This document shows, piece by piece, positions 1 through 13,500 of a stretch of DNA of 64,000 nucleotides. A program made the translations under genes and the position numbers. This stretch comes from Marsupella aquatica. Its lineage: Eukaryota > Plantae > Marchantiophyta. Every line of letters starts with the position of its first letter. Within the stretch, counting starts at the first letter, position 1. The stretch is from assembly GCA_973895155.1 (NCBI GenBank), contig OZ316892.1:1192917-1256916 (forward strand), written 5' to 3'. The notes beneath the pieces were generated by a model. The model worked only from the letters and a program-made list of their open reading frames with translations. It had not been told where the DNA came from and did no database searches.

Positions 1-574
1 GGCTTCATTGCAGAATGGATTGCTTGCAATCTGCAATAAAAAAGCTCATCTTCAGAAGCATTTCGCTGCTTTTTGGCAAAACACTTACATTGACAAAAAG
101 AGATCATGCAAAGCAATACCTTCCAAGCTCGAGCATCTTCCTCTGCAGTTTTTGCTTCCTGCACTTTGGCTTTCACCGAGTCCACCAACCAAAAGCCCTG
201 TGTGAGAACATGTGCAAAAACTGTCAGCTACACAAGACTGAAATAAAAACCCGCCTTAAAACCTGTATCAAAAGAGGTTACATCAGATCACGGCATGTAC
301 ATGTTAATGCAACCGCGCAAAGTAGCAAGCCCGGGGTAGCAAGAGGGTGGCATGCACTCACTTTGCCAAGCGAGGAGCCGAAAGAATAAGTTCACTGTGT
401 GCAAGAGCAGAGAATACACACGGGACGGACCCTGCGTGTAGCCTAACAAACAAACATAGCTATGGCGGGTCTGAAATCCAACGCCGCATGCAGCCCAAAC
501 CCTGGCCCAAACAAGCAAATGATCGCTATGGCCAGTCTAAAATCCAACGACCTAAACTGCAGAGAAGCAGGGGG

Positions 575-775
575 AATGCAAGGGAGGGTCACGCAAACCC
601 TGTTGTGTGAACCCCAATGTGGCCAGCCCCTGATACCTCCCTCACCCCAATGATAAGGGAGTACAAACCCCCACCCCACACACACAAACACACCTGGCCG
701 TTTGATTGAACCCATTTCAAAAGTAATCTTGTTTGTTTATGTGCTATGGAGGGGGTATTGATCCATGGTCCCCAT
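575..775 (-). mobile_element. Degenerate relic of the tRNA-derived SINE family
   Basis: CCACCCCACACACAC tract and TGGAGGGGGTATTGATCCATGGTCCC resemble the reverse-strand copy at 25980-26050 (TGGAGGGGGGATTGAACCTGGGACC). Boundaries approximate; no TSD found. Confidence 0.45.
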
Positions 776-1333
776 CAATCCCCCATCAATCCCTAAACCC
801 CAACCCCCGCCCCAACCAAGTTGGACCCAAAGATCCCGACCCAACATTTACTCAACTCCCGACTCAACTCCTATTGTCTACTAAAACCCATTTGTCCCAC
901 CATAAGGGGGCACACAAACTTGTCTTAGGAGAACAAATAATTAAATGTGTGATTTACTATATGGACAGGTGTGCCAATGAAGTCATGACACGTGTACCAA
1001 CCATATAGTGACGTGTGTCCTTGACATTTTGGGTACCCTTGCATAAGAGTAATGTGACATGTATTTGATAAGAGCCTTATTACTAATATTGTGTCAAATG
1101 TATATATAGGGATGTTGCCGACTTTAAAAATTATTATGAAAATTAGTTTGCATTACATTAAAAATACCCTTGCGTCGTTCGCACGTCCTCCCTGTATTAG
1201 TAACGCTAAGGGCCCAGGGATCCATATCCCCCTGGTTATTTTTTCCTATGTTTTTTACCCCTGGTGAGGTACACTATCAAGCTATTCGTGCTCCTAGTCC
1301 ACGATTCTCTCTTTTCGCACACCCAGTCTATGT

Positions 1334-1334
<1 letters not shown>

Positions 1335-1382
<48 letters not shown>
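1335..1382. repeat. (CT)n microsatellite, ~24 units
   Basis: Directly visible perfect dinucleotide run. Confidence 0.98.
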
Positions 1383-1384
<2 letters not shown>

Positions 1385-1399
1385 CCAGGGCCAGTATCT

Positions 1400-3072
1400 C
1401 CTCGGTTCCTTCACCTTTCCCCCCACACTCGAGCCAGTTATGCTGGATTCACAGTCGGGCTGCTTTCTGGCTCCTGGTTGCCTCTCCCTAACGCTTCCTC
1501 AGACCACTTGGGGCTAATTATCGAGTGGTTGTCAAGGGAGTAGCTCCACAACAGATTCACCGATTCCATATCCTCCGGGTGATGGTGTTGACTGGGTCCC
1601 GTCTGGGTGATGGAGCGGTCTGGGTTCTCTACAGTTTTTGGAGCGCCCTGTTCGGTGGGACCTCACGGTCGGCATACCTTCTCATGGTCTTTTTTTTGAG
1701 GGTGGGCAGGGTTGATATTTCCGGCATTGGTTATTGATGGTTCATTCTCCAGCTCAATGGTTGTTTCTCCAGCACCATTCTGTTCCACCTACACGTCTGA
1801 GCTTTGCAATTGTTCTTCTTCACGTTCTCGACTAACACAGCAGTAGCTCTCTCCGTATATAGCTTTTGGCTCCTCGCACATATAGTTGGAGAAACCGGGT
1901 TTGTTTCACGCATATTATGAATTGCGTATAGATAGTAGATTCCGGGTCCATCCTCTTTCTTCTCCTTTGGCTCATCTCGTGTCACCAGCCATTAGTGTTC
2001 TAGCATATTCTCTTGGTAAGGACTGGGTCATAACACATGCCTCAATCTATTGCTCGCCAACGTCTGCTTTCTGCCATGCTCCTCTGACAGTCATTTTTTA
2101 TTGGTTTCCTGTCCGGGCTATATTCTGGGTACCAAGCTCTCTCCATTCTCTACTGGTTTGGCCTACTCGAATTCTGGAGGGAAGTTATGGAGCACCCGTG
2201 GGTTGGCTATTTTCCTTTCATCGTTGTCAGGGTCTGATAGTCCCTCGATCCACGGCTATTGCAGATCTTCTCCGATCGTTATGGTTGGAGACAAATAGAA
2301 ATCTAGATTGAAGAGAAGAGGTGGGGCGCGTAAGATATTCTCTTTGTGTTTAGATCCGTATGTGGGACACCCTCCTTGGTCCCTCTTCAGCGCAAGAAGG
2401 GGGCATCCGTTCTCTGCCATCTAGCTATGCTTATTGGCCAAGCTGGAGGACAAAGACAGGCAGATAATGTTATGATGGGTTTCCCGAAATTCATGGATAC
2501 TAACGTCAGGGAGACTTCATCATTGATCGTCGTCAATCTGGTCCGGCAAAGATTCCCCATTCCAACAGTGCAAAGATTGTGGTGGGATCTGGAGATTGGT
2601 TGACTCCTTCCGGGTCTTCCTTTTCTTTGGATGGGTGGAAGACAATGGAATTATTGGGATCTTAAACATCTGGCGATGGTGCAGATTGGCAGTCTGGGGA
2701 GAATGGAGTGTGCCTGTTGCCCAGTTTCTTTCCTGGCTGTTTCCTGATTGGATGGCTGCTATTGGATGCATGGTGGCTGCTTTTGGTTGCATGGAATTAC
2801 TCGGCGTAGTTTTCTGGTTGGTCCTCCTCATTCTGGGGAGCCTCCTTCCCTTTTATTCTGCCCCTCCTCTTTGGCAGTTTGGGTTGGTGGTTCCCATCTA
2901 TATCTCTATGGGGATGCTCCTTCTCCTGGCCCCCCTTAATTGCTTGTTTTTTTCTCTCTGTCTCCTTCCTCCAGGCAGTTTTCTTTGGTTTTCCCTGGCC
3001 TTCCTTGTTGTTGTGCCCTCGGGCTTCCTTGTGGAATAAAGTTTCGGGGCTCTGCCCAAAACAAACAAAAAA
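1400..3072 (+). mobile_element. Probable ancient 5'-truncated LINE remnant (ORF2 3' part)
   Basis: Ends in AATAAA followed by an A-rich tail (3035-3072). Broken plus-strand frames (IVPRSTAIADLLRSLW, VQRLWWDL, MECACC) loosely parallel the post-RT region of the neighbouring LINE. Similarity is weak. Confidence 0.35.
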
Positions 3073-3272
3073 TAAATTTTAAAATTTTAAAAATGAGAGA
3101 AGAAGCGAGTCTTTTCTTTGTTTTGTTTTTTACCCAAAATGCCCTTGCATTTGATTTACTAAACAATATTGTTTGTCTAAAGATGTCAATGCATAACGGA
3201 TGAGGTTGTGCTAAAGATGTAGTTGAGAAAAATTACCATGTTGCTAAAGATAGTTTGAGTAAAAGATTTTGT

Positions 3273-3453
3273 TTGTTAGAGAGATCTCATTGCATAAAAG
3301 ATGTTGTTGAGTAAAAGATATCATGACTCAAAAGAGAGGCCACATCAACCATGTTAGAAAGATCTCATTGCATAAAAGATGTTGTTGAGTAAAAGATATC
3401 ATGACTCAAAAGAGAGGCCTCATGACTCAAAAGATATCATGACTCAAAAGAGA
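3273..3453. repeat. 78-bp tandem repeat, left part (LINE target site)
   Basis: GATCTCATTGCATAAAAGATGTTGTTGAGTAAAAGATATCATGACTCAAAAGAGAGGCC at 3283 and 3361 (period 78). The array resumes at 14332. Confidence 0.92.
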
Positions 3454-4760
3454 TGAACTTGTAAGAACTAAAGGCGCAATAGCGATGCTGGTGGTGTGTT
3501 TACACTTTGGATTTCTGGAGCGATCTTAGGCTTGGGTCGCGTTGGAAAGTGGGGAGATACGCGTTTTTGAAAGGTCAGACGGATCGGGGAGGACACACTT
3601 TCTTGGGCATTAAAGTTAGACAAGATTATACAGTCAAGGATCGAGAGACTTTGAGTTCTTGGAGCTCAAAGAAGCGGGTTTGCATTGGACTGTGGCTTGA
3701 CCGAGGGCGTGAAGGGTTGGCGGAAACGATCTCAGCTGGAGCTTGAGAGAAAGGGCGATTATCCTTTTTCCCTTATCGATGGGGGATGAGTGAAGTTATA
3801 CGGACAGCCCAAGCTTTTTGAGTGCAAACATTGGGTGAGAACGGTATCGTGGAGTGTTGGCAGCCAAGAAGGGCGAGAAGTGACTGATCGGCTGTGGAAT
3901 ATGGCATGGTGTGCTTCACTAGGACTTTTTTGAGCACGCTTCATAGAGGTGGTGCTTCACTGAGGTCATAGTGGAGAACTCCATCATTGCAAGGGGAGGC
4001 AGAGAATGAAGGAGAAGGGCGGCGTATGTAAAGAATTGTGAATGTGCTCCTTCAGCACCTTACAGTGGGTGGAAAGATTGTAGGTGGAGGGACGTTTACC
4101 AGCACCGATTGCAGGGGCAACGGGATTCTTGAGATCAACTTTGTAGGTGCTGGATTCACTAAGGTTGGCGGATTAAGGCGCTAAGGGGAACGTTCGAAGC
4201 TGTGATAAAGAAGGGACTACTCTTGCATTCTTGATATCCGACCTGCAAATTTTCTTGATTTAATCTTGGTAGAGTACTCTAGAGAGTCTCCTCGGCAATC
4301 ATGGTGGAGCTTTTCACCGGCACTGCAGGCCGGTGGACTGAGTTCTTGGAGTGACAAGAATCAAGAGCAAAAACGGAAGGAGAGAAAAGAGGGTTTGCAA
4401 TTCTTGAATCGCGACGGAGGCAAAGCAAATAACTGCGGGTCAATCAGTATTGTAAAGATTTGAGTTGCACGGAGTTGGCTACGGCCTGGGGTCTACCAGA
4501 TCGTCGGCTCAAACCGGCTACTGGACTGAAGCATTGATGGTGAGTAAGCCCCTGCGCAGACCTGCTTTCTTCCTCCCCTATTGCATTCTATGTCGGTCGA
4601 CGTGCCTTCTATGGATTACTATGGCAGGACCTCGGTGTCGAATCGGCTGCGCCCGGGAAGAATGGGAGGCTATAGGGAGGACCGCCTTCAGAAGCTAGGA
4701 AGTGAGAGGACTGGGACAAATGAGGCCGGTTGAGATGCAGAGGCCCTCCATCGGGGAAAT

Positions 4761-7043
4761 TTGTGTGACTCCTCGGCGGGTCCCAACGGACTGAGATCGC
4801 AATCTTACTGGAATGGACAAAGTCAGTACTCTGCCCAAGATGCTCGAGCTGGTTGGGGACCGGCTATTCAAGCTCCTTATGACCTCTTTGATGCTCCTAG
4901 AACTGGATACAATGGCTTTGTTGGACGTGAGCCCGTGGATGCCCCAAACAAACAGCGTGACAGGATGGGAGTGGATCCTCTCTCGACGACTGGGCAGGCG
5001 GAAGGGTCTGGACAGGCGGAAGGGTCTGCACAGGCGGAAGAGTCTGCACAGGCGGAAGTCGGAGGCATGCAGGCCCAACTGCCGGTGCCACTAAGCGTGA
5101 ATGCAGCCCCTGAGCCTACGCTAAATTATCAGAGGCCGGCTCCTGAGGCTGCTTCTCCAGAATGCATAAAGATCCTGAAAGAATTGGCTGAGAGCTCGAA
5201 AGGTGCATGGACCTCAAAGCTTTACACCACGATAGATTGGAATATTGATGAGGCAGCGTCGTCAGTATGGCAGCTCTACAATTCCGCTATCTTATGTTAC
5301 TTTACAGATAGGACCCCACTTCTGCATGTATTTAGATCCTGGGTGATCGACACTTGGGCTGGGGAAATGCAATGGCTTGTGATGCAAATTAAATTTGTTG
5401 GAAAGAACTTTTACTTAGTTATCTTTGAGAATCCTGATCATAGAGACTTGTCTCTTAACTCTGCTCCTTGGTTCATGGAGCGCCGATTTGTATATACAGT
5501 CCCATGGGACCCGTCCTTTGATATCCGATCCCAGACCTCTACCAAACTACCGGTCTAGATCAAACTGCCTTTCAGGGCTCTGGTACTGGAAGACTGCCGA
5601 AAGCGTATAGCAGAATCATTTGGCAAGTTACTATATTACATTCAGGGAGATGAACTTAGCTCCTATCCCCATGATAGAGCTTGTATCCTCTGGGATACTG
5701 AGAGAGAAGTCCCTTCTTGTGTTAGAGTTAGAATTCATCCTGATATACACATCTGGCAGCTGGTAAATTTCAAGAATATCCCATACCACTGCTTTCGATA
5801 TAACAAGAAAGGTCACTTGGCTAGGGACTGCAGGGAAGGAGAGGAAGAGAAAGAGGTATCTGATGCAGAAGGCAACAAAACTCCTGATGAAAAAGATGAG
5901 GAGATCAATGATGCAACGGTGGCCTCGGAGGACGGAATTGCTGCTGAACGTGAAGGAGACTTGGCCTCGTTATTCAGGGAACCACCGCTGGATAAACTTG
6001 ATAGGCATACTGGCACGTCTACCCCCACTGCACCTGTGCTGGGAAGGAGTCAGATTGTCACTGGATCTGGAGAGTATATTGATAGTGCCATTCGCCCTGC
6101 TGGGCCAGCCAGATCTTTGATGCCTGCCAAGTCTACTTGGGTGGACCTTGATCAGGCGATTCTTGTTCAAAGAAGGGGCTCATCCTCTGCGGCTGCTCCC
6201 TTGGGGAGGGCTGACACGGCTCAAATTGAGAACGCAACTGAAGAATCCAGGAATCCAGAGGGTCTGCTTCCGGCGGAACTTGCCTCCTTCAGCGACCAGG
6301 AGATGGGGGAAGCGGTGGCGGACTATGCAGGAACGCAACACGATACTATCACTGATTCTCTGGGCTCTCATGGGGAATTTTCTCCTAGGATTGGCTTCCC
6401 AGACTCGATACTTGATGACAGTGCTCCTAGTTTTTTTCCGGAAGCAGCTGGAATACACTTGGAGGCTGACTCGCGTGGTCTGGTCTTGCCCAGAGAGGAG
6501 GGTGATGTGAGGGACCCCGAGGACTTCTCGTATCATGGAGATACGGATGTGGAGATGTCTGGATATGAGGCGTATGTTGCCTCTAAACAGAGCAAAGAGA
6601 GAGCACAAAAACTAGAAACTCGGACCCCAATCCCTGAGATGAAAGGAAAAGAGAAATCTGAGGGCAAAAAACAAAGATCTCTCCAGTTCTCATCGGTGTT
6701 TCTGTCTGATGCAGCTGCCAAGGGAAAACCACGTTGGTTGGATAGAGATAAGCCTCGTGGCGACAATGACTGTAGGGAATGGGGTTCTTCTGCTGAGGAT
6801 AGCCCGATGATGGTTGATGCGCTGGCCGAAAACTCGGGTGCTTTGTCGGGTGCAAGACCGGGGAGGAGGAGCCTGGTGGGAGGAGCGGCCCTTGGAATCT
6901 CTCCAGGGGTCGAATGCAAATTTGAGCGACATGAGGTATTTGATACTTGTAAATATAGAGGTGCCTGCAGAAAATGGACGGAGTATATCGAGTGGCTTCG
7001 TGGAATGTTTGTGGGCTGTGTGAGCCCAACCGGAAAAATGTAG
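4761..7043 (+). pseudogene. LINE ORF1 (DUF4283-like/RRM + zinc knuckle + disordered tail), disrupted
   Basis: IKFVGKNFYLVIFENPDHRDLSLNSAPWF...VPWDPSFD...LPV* (TAG where Trp is expected, 5556-5558); knuckle CFRYNKKGHLARDC with C>Y; 18-bp repeat at 4995-5058. True start may be ~4620. Confidence 0.85.
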
Positions 7044-10000
7044 TCAGAAATTGGGTGTCTTCTCTTAAGGCTCCGCTCTGTATTCTAGCGCTGCAAGAGG
7101 TGAAGGCAGACAAATTTCGATTGGACTTGGCCCTTAAAGCCATTTTACCCACCTTTCAGCATTTTGTGTCAGTACTTGCGGAAGGGAGAGGAGGATCAGC
7201 GCTTTTACTGCACCCTACACTTCAAGTAATTCAATCAGGAGTTTTTGATTCTGGTAGAGCTGTATGGGTAAGGATAAAAACTGAGGCTGGGGATTTTGGG
7301 ATTGTTAGTGTGTACGCTCCCAATGACTCACGTGAGCGGGCCACACTGTGGCACGAGCTGAAGTTGTATCTGCCGCAAGACAGATGGATGATTTGCGGGG
7401 ATTTCAACATGACGGAAACTCAGGAGGACTCAACGGGAGGTTCTTCTTTAATCAAACGTAGGGAGATGGAGTACTGGAGATTTCTAAAGGTATGATTTGC
7501 ACTGGAAGATGCGTTTCACCTTAGAGGTGGGGCTTCTGGGTCCCGATTCACTTGGAGGAGGATGCGGAATGACTTGCTTGTTCAGTCACGCTTGGATAGG
7601 TTTTACTTCAATGAACAGGGGTGGTGGATGGAAGAACTTTCAGAGCTTGTACATGACGGTGGATCGACGCTCTCTGATCATGACCCTGTGTTGGTAACCT
7701 TCTCGATGCATGGGGCTGAACCAATCAACAGGAACGGGAGGGTTTCATTCTTTAAGGCTAACCCGACCCTATTAAGGAAGAAAGAGAATTTAGTATTGCT
7801 AGAAGCTGCGTGGCTGGCAGGGAAGGACGACTGTCTAGATCCTCATGTTGCCTTTGCTAAGGCCAGCCTTGGTTTGAGACGAGTATACATTGAAAAACAA
7901 GCTTCCCCTAAGCGGCGCGATGAGGAGATGGCTCAGCTCCGGGACCAACTCTGCCTCCTGAAAGTTACTATTCTAGACTCAAGCTCAGACGAGACGCTGA
8001 AGGACTTTGTACACACAGAGGACCAATTGCGAGTGGCTGAAATGGAAGAAGCACAACGAAGCAGACGTCTGGCTCGAATCAAATGGTTGGGGGAGGGAGA
8101 TGAGCCCTCCAGATTTTATTTTGCTATTGTGAGAGATAAAAGGGCACGAGAAGCTATGAAGATTCTGGTGAAGGAAGATGCCAGAAAGGAGATTACGGAT
8201 CCAGTAGGGATTCTGCGAGAAGTAGAGCGGCACTGTGAGCGGCTTTACTCACCGGTTGCCCCTGATAGAGAAGAGATGAGCTCTCAGGTGACACAAAGAA
8301 GGAAATTACTGGAGCATACACGGTTTGCACTGACAGTTGCAGAGGTAAAGATGCTAGAAGATTTGCCATCAAGAAAAGAAATCGAAGATGTAATCTGGCT
8401 TCTCCCGTTTGACAAGACGCCTGGCCCAGATGGTTTGACAATGGAGGTCTTTAGAGCTTGTTGGGCTTTTTTGCAGAACGATACAAGTGCAGTGATCAAG
8501 GCTTTTGGCTTTCTGGGGAGCTTGCGTCTGGAATCCGTGACGGTCTGATTAAATTCATTCCAAAGAAGTTTGATAAACAATTTTTGAAGGACTGGAGGCC
8601 CCTGACAATGTTAAACACGATATACAAGATCATTGCCAAGCTTCTAGCCCTCAGACTGAAGATACCGCTTCCTCAATTAATTAGTGCACAGCAGACTGGA
8701 TTCATTCCTGGCCGACACATCCTGGAGAACATCTCGGTGGCCTGGCTAACTGGCGACTGGGTTAGTAAGAGAAGGAAAGGCACGTACGTTGTTTCTAAAA
8801 TGGGATTTTGAAAGAGCCTTTGATAGAGTAAATCATGATTATATTTGGGATTCGATGCACTTATTAGGGATAGGGAGCCATTTTATAAGGCTGGTGAAGG
8901 CTCTGCTTAGGGGTGCGACCTCTAAGATACAAGTAAATGGTTTACTATCTAGATCTATTGGACTGAGCAGGGGGTGCGGCAAGGATGCCCTCTGTCTCCT
9001 CTCCTTTTTGTGATCTCTACACAACCCTTGATGGACTTTATGGATGCTGAATTATCTACTGGACATCTATGTGGTATTAGAATATCTGAGAATCTTACCA
9101 TTTGTTATAGGTTGTTTGCGGATGACTTGGGGATCTTCATCCCTGCAAATGAGAGGGCTTTTCAACAGGTTAGGAATCTGCTTGCTTGTTATGAATCTGC
9201 TACAGGTGCGAGACTGAATCTGCAGAAGTCAACGGTGATCCCCTTTGCAATGGAGGAGATCCCTGCTTGGCTGACGGCGACAGGGTGCAGGATCAGTCGC
9301 AAAGGTGAGGTCCAGAAGTACTTGGGGGCTCCAATGGGTTGGGGGCTAAAACCGAATCAACTTCACTCATTCTGTCTGGACAAGATTGGAGCACGGCTAT
9401 CGTCTTGGGCGTCGAAGTTTCTGTCCTTCACAGGTCGCACTGTTTTGGTCCGCCATGTACTGCAGGCAATCCCCATCTACCACATGATGTTCCTGAGATC
9501 TTCTGAGGGACTTGCTAAGAAGATGATTGCATTATGCCGTGATTTTCTGTGGGGCTATAATGCTGAGGGCGGGAAGAAGATTCCATTGGTAGCCTGGAAG
9601 CGGATGGCTAAACCTCGAGCTGAAGGAGGCCTTGGATTTAAAGATTTTCGCAGTCACTCAGATGCGCTCCTATGCCAATGGTTTACGAAAGCCTTGGATG
9701 ACCCCAAATCTGAATGGGCTAAACTACTGGATGCTAACCTGAAGCTTGCTGGCTGGATGAATTACAAGGTGTTGAGAAGGAATCAATACTCCTTTCAAGA
9801 CAAGATACTGCTCTGTTCTCCTAGATCCTTGGGAGGAGTACCTTACACTGGGGGACTGTGGAGGGCTTGGATACGCCTCAGAGCTCTTTTATCCTTTGTC
9901 CCCGGGATGAGGGGGTTCCCGGGACGGTGGTCAGTGGAGGACTCGCTTCGCTGTGTGAGAGGATTTCACTCCCTTCCTAATAGGAGCACTTGGAAGTTGC

Positions 10001-10527
10001 CAATCTGTGTGGCAGACTGGGTGTTAGAGCCATAGGAGATCTCTGGGATGCTGAGAGAAATTGTTGGCGTGATCTTTCTGGGCGTCTCTTGCTGATCAGG
10101 GGCCTCGACGCTCCGGCTCTGGCCCGGGGTGCTGAATTTCTTGCCCTGATTTCCAGGGCACAAGGCTGCTGCTCTGATATGGACCTCTGTGCGGATCAAT
10201 GGTGTTGGGAAGACAAATTGGAGCCTCTGAAGACCTTTAAATTGGAGAATTACAGAACATACCAGTTCCTTAGACCTACGGTGCTGGATGTAGTGGCGCT
10301 CAATCGATGCTGGGGAGTGACGAGGACTGTGGAAGAATGGTCAAGCAGATGGTCTCAACTGTGGGAATCTGACTTATCAATGCAAGGAAAAACTTTCATT
10401 TGGAGGGTGATGGCTCGGGGTCTGTTCACTGGGGAACGTGCTCTTAAAATTGACCAAGACGTTTGGGATTGCAAGCTATGTGTGGGAGTGACTGAATCTA
10501 TCCCTCATCTCTTCTGGGAGTGCATTC
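6974..10527 (+). pseudogene. LINE ORF2 (APE endonuclease + reverse transcriptase), multiple stops/frameshifts
   Basis: SWNVCGL, LQE, VYAPND, GDFN, SRLDRFY, SDHDPV (APE); KTPGPDGL, WRPLTMLNTIYKI, QTGFIPGR, DFERAFDRV, RQGCPLSPLLF, LFADD, KYLGAP (RT); EGGLGF; CKLC..ESIPHLFWEC. Confidence 0.95.
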
Positions 10528-13500
10528 AACAAGGAGCCAAAAAGGATGGGTAGTAAGCCCAAACTAAAAGAACTTTTGCTCCAAAAGCGCAAAAAGCTCA
10601 AAATGCCCAAAAATGAACCTAAAAACTATCCCTTTCTCTGCAAAATCTTCATGGATGGAAAAATGCCCAAAATATGTTATCATTTTGAGCCATTCAAAAC
10701 ATAAAATGGACCATAATAAATTATTAATCTTCGTACGATCTATTTTCAATCTTAACAATTTGCACTTGCACATGTTCAAGAGATCATTTGTCTAGTTAAT
10801 CCTTAAAATATCATCTTAAAGTTGATTGGAATAAAAAATATCTAAAACACTTTCAAATATATACTAAAAATTTCAAATGAGTCTTGTAATGAATTGTTTG
10901 TCTTTAATCTATCTCACACAAACCAATTACAATATTATTATTTTCCAAGTGTAACCCTCCCTTAGAAATGATTCATGAATTCATGAGTTACTCATTTTAA
11001 TATTTTTGAATCTCAACAAATTTAATTAGCAATAGTTACTCCAACTCTCTCATTCCCAAATCTCTAATGTTCACATAAGTTTTAGTGGATTGGAATACTT
11101 ATTTGCATTCACTTAGAAAAAAACTTCATTCTTAATTTTTAATTAGAACCTTGCATAGTAAAATACCAAAGTTTTCCTAGCATTTATAATACTCTTTGTC
11201 TTTATTGGAGTTGATGTTTCTTGTACTTTATTCCAAAGTAATCATTCATTACTCTCTTTGTCTTTACTTGAGTTTGTGTTCTTTGTCAAATTCTTCATTC
11301 ATAACTCTTTTTGTCTTAATTGAATCATTTTTTGTTCCTTTTTTTGTCATTTTCTTTGTCTTGAGTAACCTTTCTTTTAATTATTTTCTTTATGTTTGTA
11401 TGCAATTTTTCTCTCTTTTTGAGATTCCCATACTTGATGCCAGATTCACTTCATGAATTCATGAAAAAGAATCTTGGATCAAGATTAAAGAATCTTGAAA
11501 ACAGGGTTCATGAATTCATGAAGCTTTTGGATGCACAAGCTTCATGAATACACTAAGCTTAGGTTTTTAAAAGGCGAAGGGCAAAGTTGGTTAACAACAA
11601 TCCATGATGGAAGATGAGTGAGCTCAGGAGTGAGCTATGATAGGCACATTGCAATGGGCGAGTTGCGACCAGCTGCAATGGACAAAATGACAACATGTAA
11701 CCCGTAAAGGGTACAAGATAGGCAATTAGCGATTAAACATAGGTTGCCAAGGGCAATTGAGTGTTGATTTGTGATGGGTAAAGGCTTCTGATCTCTGATG
11801 TTATTAGTGACTTTGTTCATAAAGAGTATATTTACGGACCCCCATGAGAGGTCTCTTGCAAATTCCCTGCCACGAGGTTGCGCCACATCATCACAACCAG
11901 CCACAAACAGGAATGATCATACTTTTAACAATACCAAACGTGCACATTCCTGTTTGTGGCAAAAGCAATGTAATTTTTGGGACGCCATGCCGTAAATATT
12001 GAATGTAAAAAAAACCAAAATACAAAGGGAGATATGTCATTTAGTAAAATAAAGTTACCATTTTGATGTTTGTCAAAGATATATCAGTGTTTTATATCAA
12101 AATGCTTGTATTTTTTAATTGTTTGCAAGCTTGAAAAAACCAACCAATAGAAATGTACATAGTTAAAATCCCTTTGGCTTCACATTGTAAAACTAAATAA
12201 TCAATCTCCTTAGTACTTGATAAAATCTGTCAATGTTTGATTCATTGGAAAACTCAAGATCAAGATTTAGAAACTCGTGACCTCTTTAGTACTGTCTTGA
12301 TAAAATCTCTCAATGTCACACTCATTGGAAAACTAAAGTAAAACTAAAAACTCATCATCTCCTTAGTACTTGACAAAATCTATCAATGTTAGGTTCATTG
12401 GAAAGCTAGAGAAATTCAGATACTCATGATCTGTGTAATTCTTGACAAATAATCTCAATGTCACACATTAGAAAGCTAGAGAGATTGAAAACCTCATGAT
12501 CTCTTTAGTAACGTGACAAAATCTGACGTAAAATTTGTCAATGTCGGACTCAATCATGTTGGAAAGCTAAAAGAATTCATGGACTCATGATTAATATTTC
12601 TTATACTCACTCATTGGAAAGGCAAAGAAATTCAAAAACTCATTTGGAACTTGATAAAATTTGTGAATCTGAGGCTCAGTGGAAACCCTTTTCTTGATTA
12701 AGAGATATCACAATCTCATCACCGTCACAAACTTAGCCGTTGAAAATTGATTTCTTTGATTACGTCGTCATCCCTTGTCCACAATGCTTGCTTCCCGGCT
12801 TGAATTGTTTGCATTCCTCTAGTCTTCAACTGAAGCTCATTCTGAACACAGGTTGACACCAAATGCAACCTCTATGTCAAAGAAACAATCATTTGTCTCC
12901 CTCTCACACCATAGCTTTCTTAAATAGAAAAAACTACAAATCCCTCATGTGAAGCGATGGCTTGTTTGTTTTGTGTGTTCTTCCCATCGAATCGACAAGC
13001 GCTCTTTTGCCAATAGCTAAGTGTTGTCCTCCGGTCTGTCTTGTGGCGGTAATGCTCAATGTAACTCACAAACGATCAATCATGAATGATAGAAACACAA
13101 TTTCTCTAATGTGTAAACAAAAACCGTCAAAAAACTCAATTCCTCCATATTCAACCTTCCGTTGATAAATCTCCTCTATCTTTTGAGCGTTACTTTTCTT
13201 TTGTACGAGCACACACCAAGACCATCGGGAGACTCAAAACCATCGATTACCCGGGCGATTACCGCCTTGTTAAAAATTGATTTCACTTCATCAAACACAC
13301 ATTCCTTGGATGAACATGGGGGTCCACGGATTAATTTCTTGTAACATTTAATTTGTTGGTGATCTTTGAGCCCAAACTCCAATGTTGAGACTTATATTGA
13401 GGAGTTAAATTTGGAAATATTAATTATGAAAAAACTTGTGTCTAAAGCATTGTGTTAATTATGGTGTGAAAATCCAAGGTCAGGAAATATTAAATATATG

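Noticed and set aside
2596-3039. 147-aa hydrophobic ORF suggesting a membrane protein
   Set aside because: Non-ATG start, and hydrophobicity is explained by T/G-rich decayed retroelement-like sequence.
6148-7152. Several 120-190 aa alternative-frame and antisense ORFs over the LINE
   Set aside because: Shadows of GC-rich ORF1/ORF2 sequence with no motifs.
11621-11640. AGCTCAGGAG resembling the miR390 5' end
   Set aside because: Only ~10 nt match, no precursor hairpin, and it lies inside a transposon.
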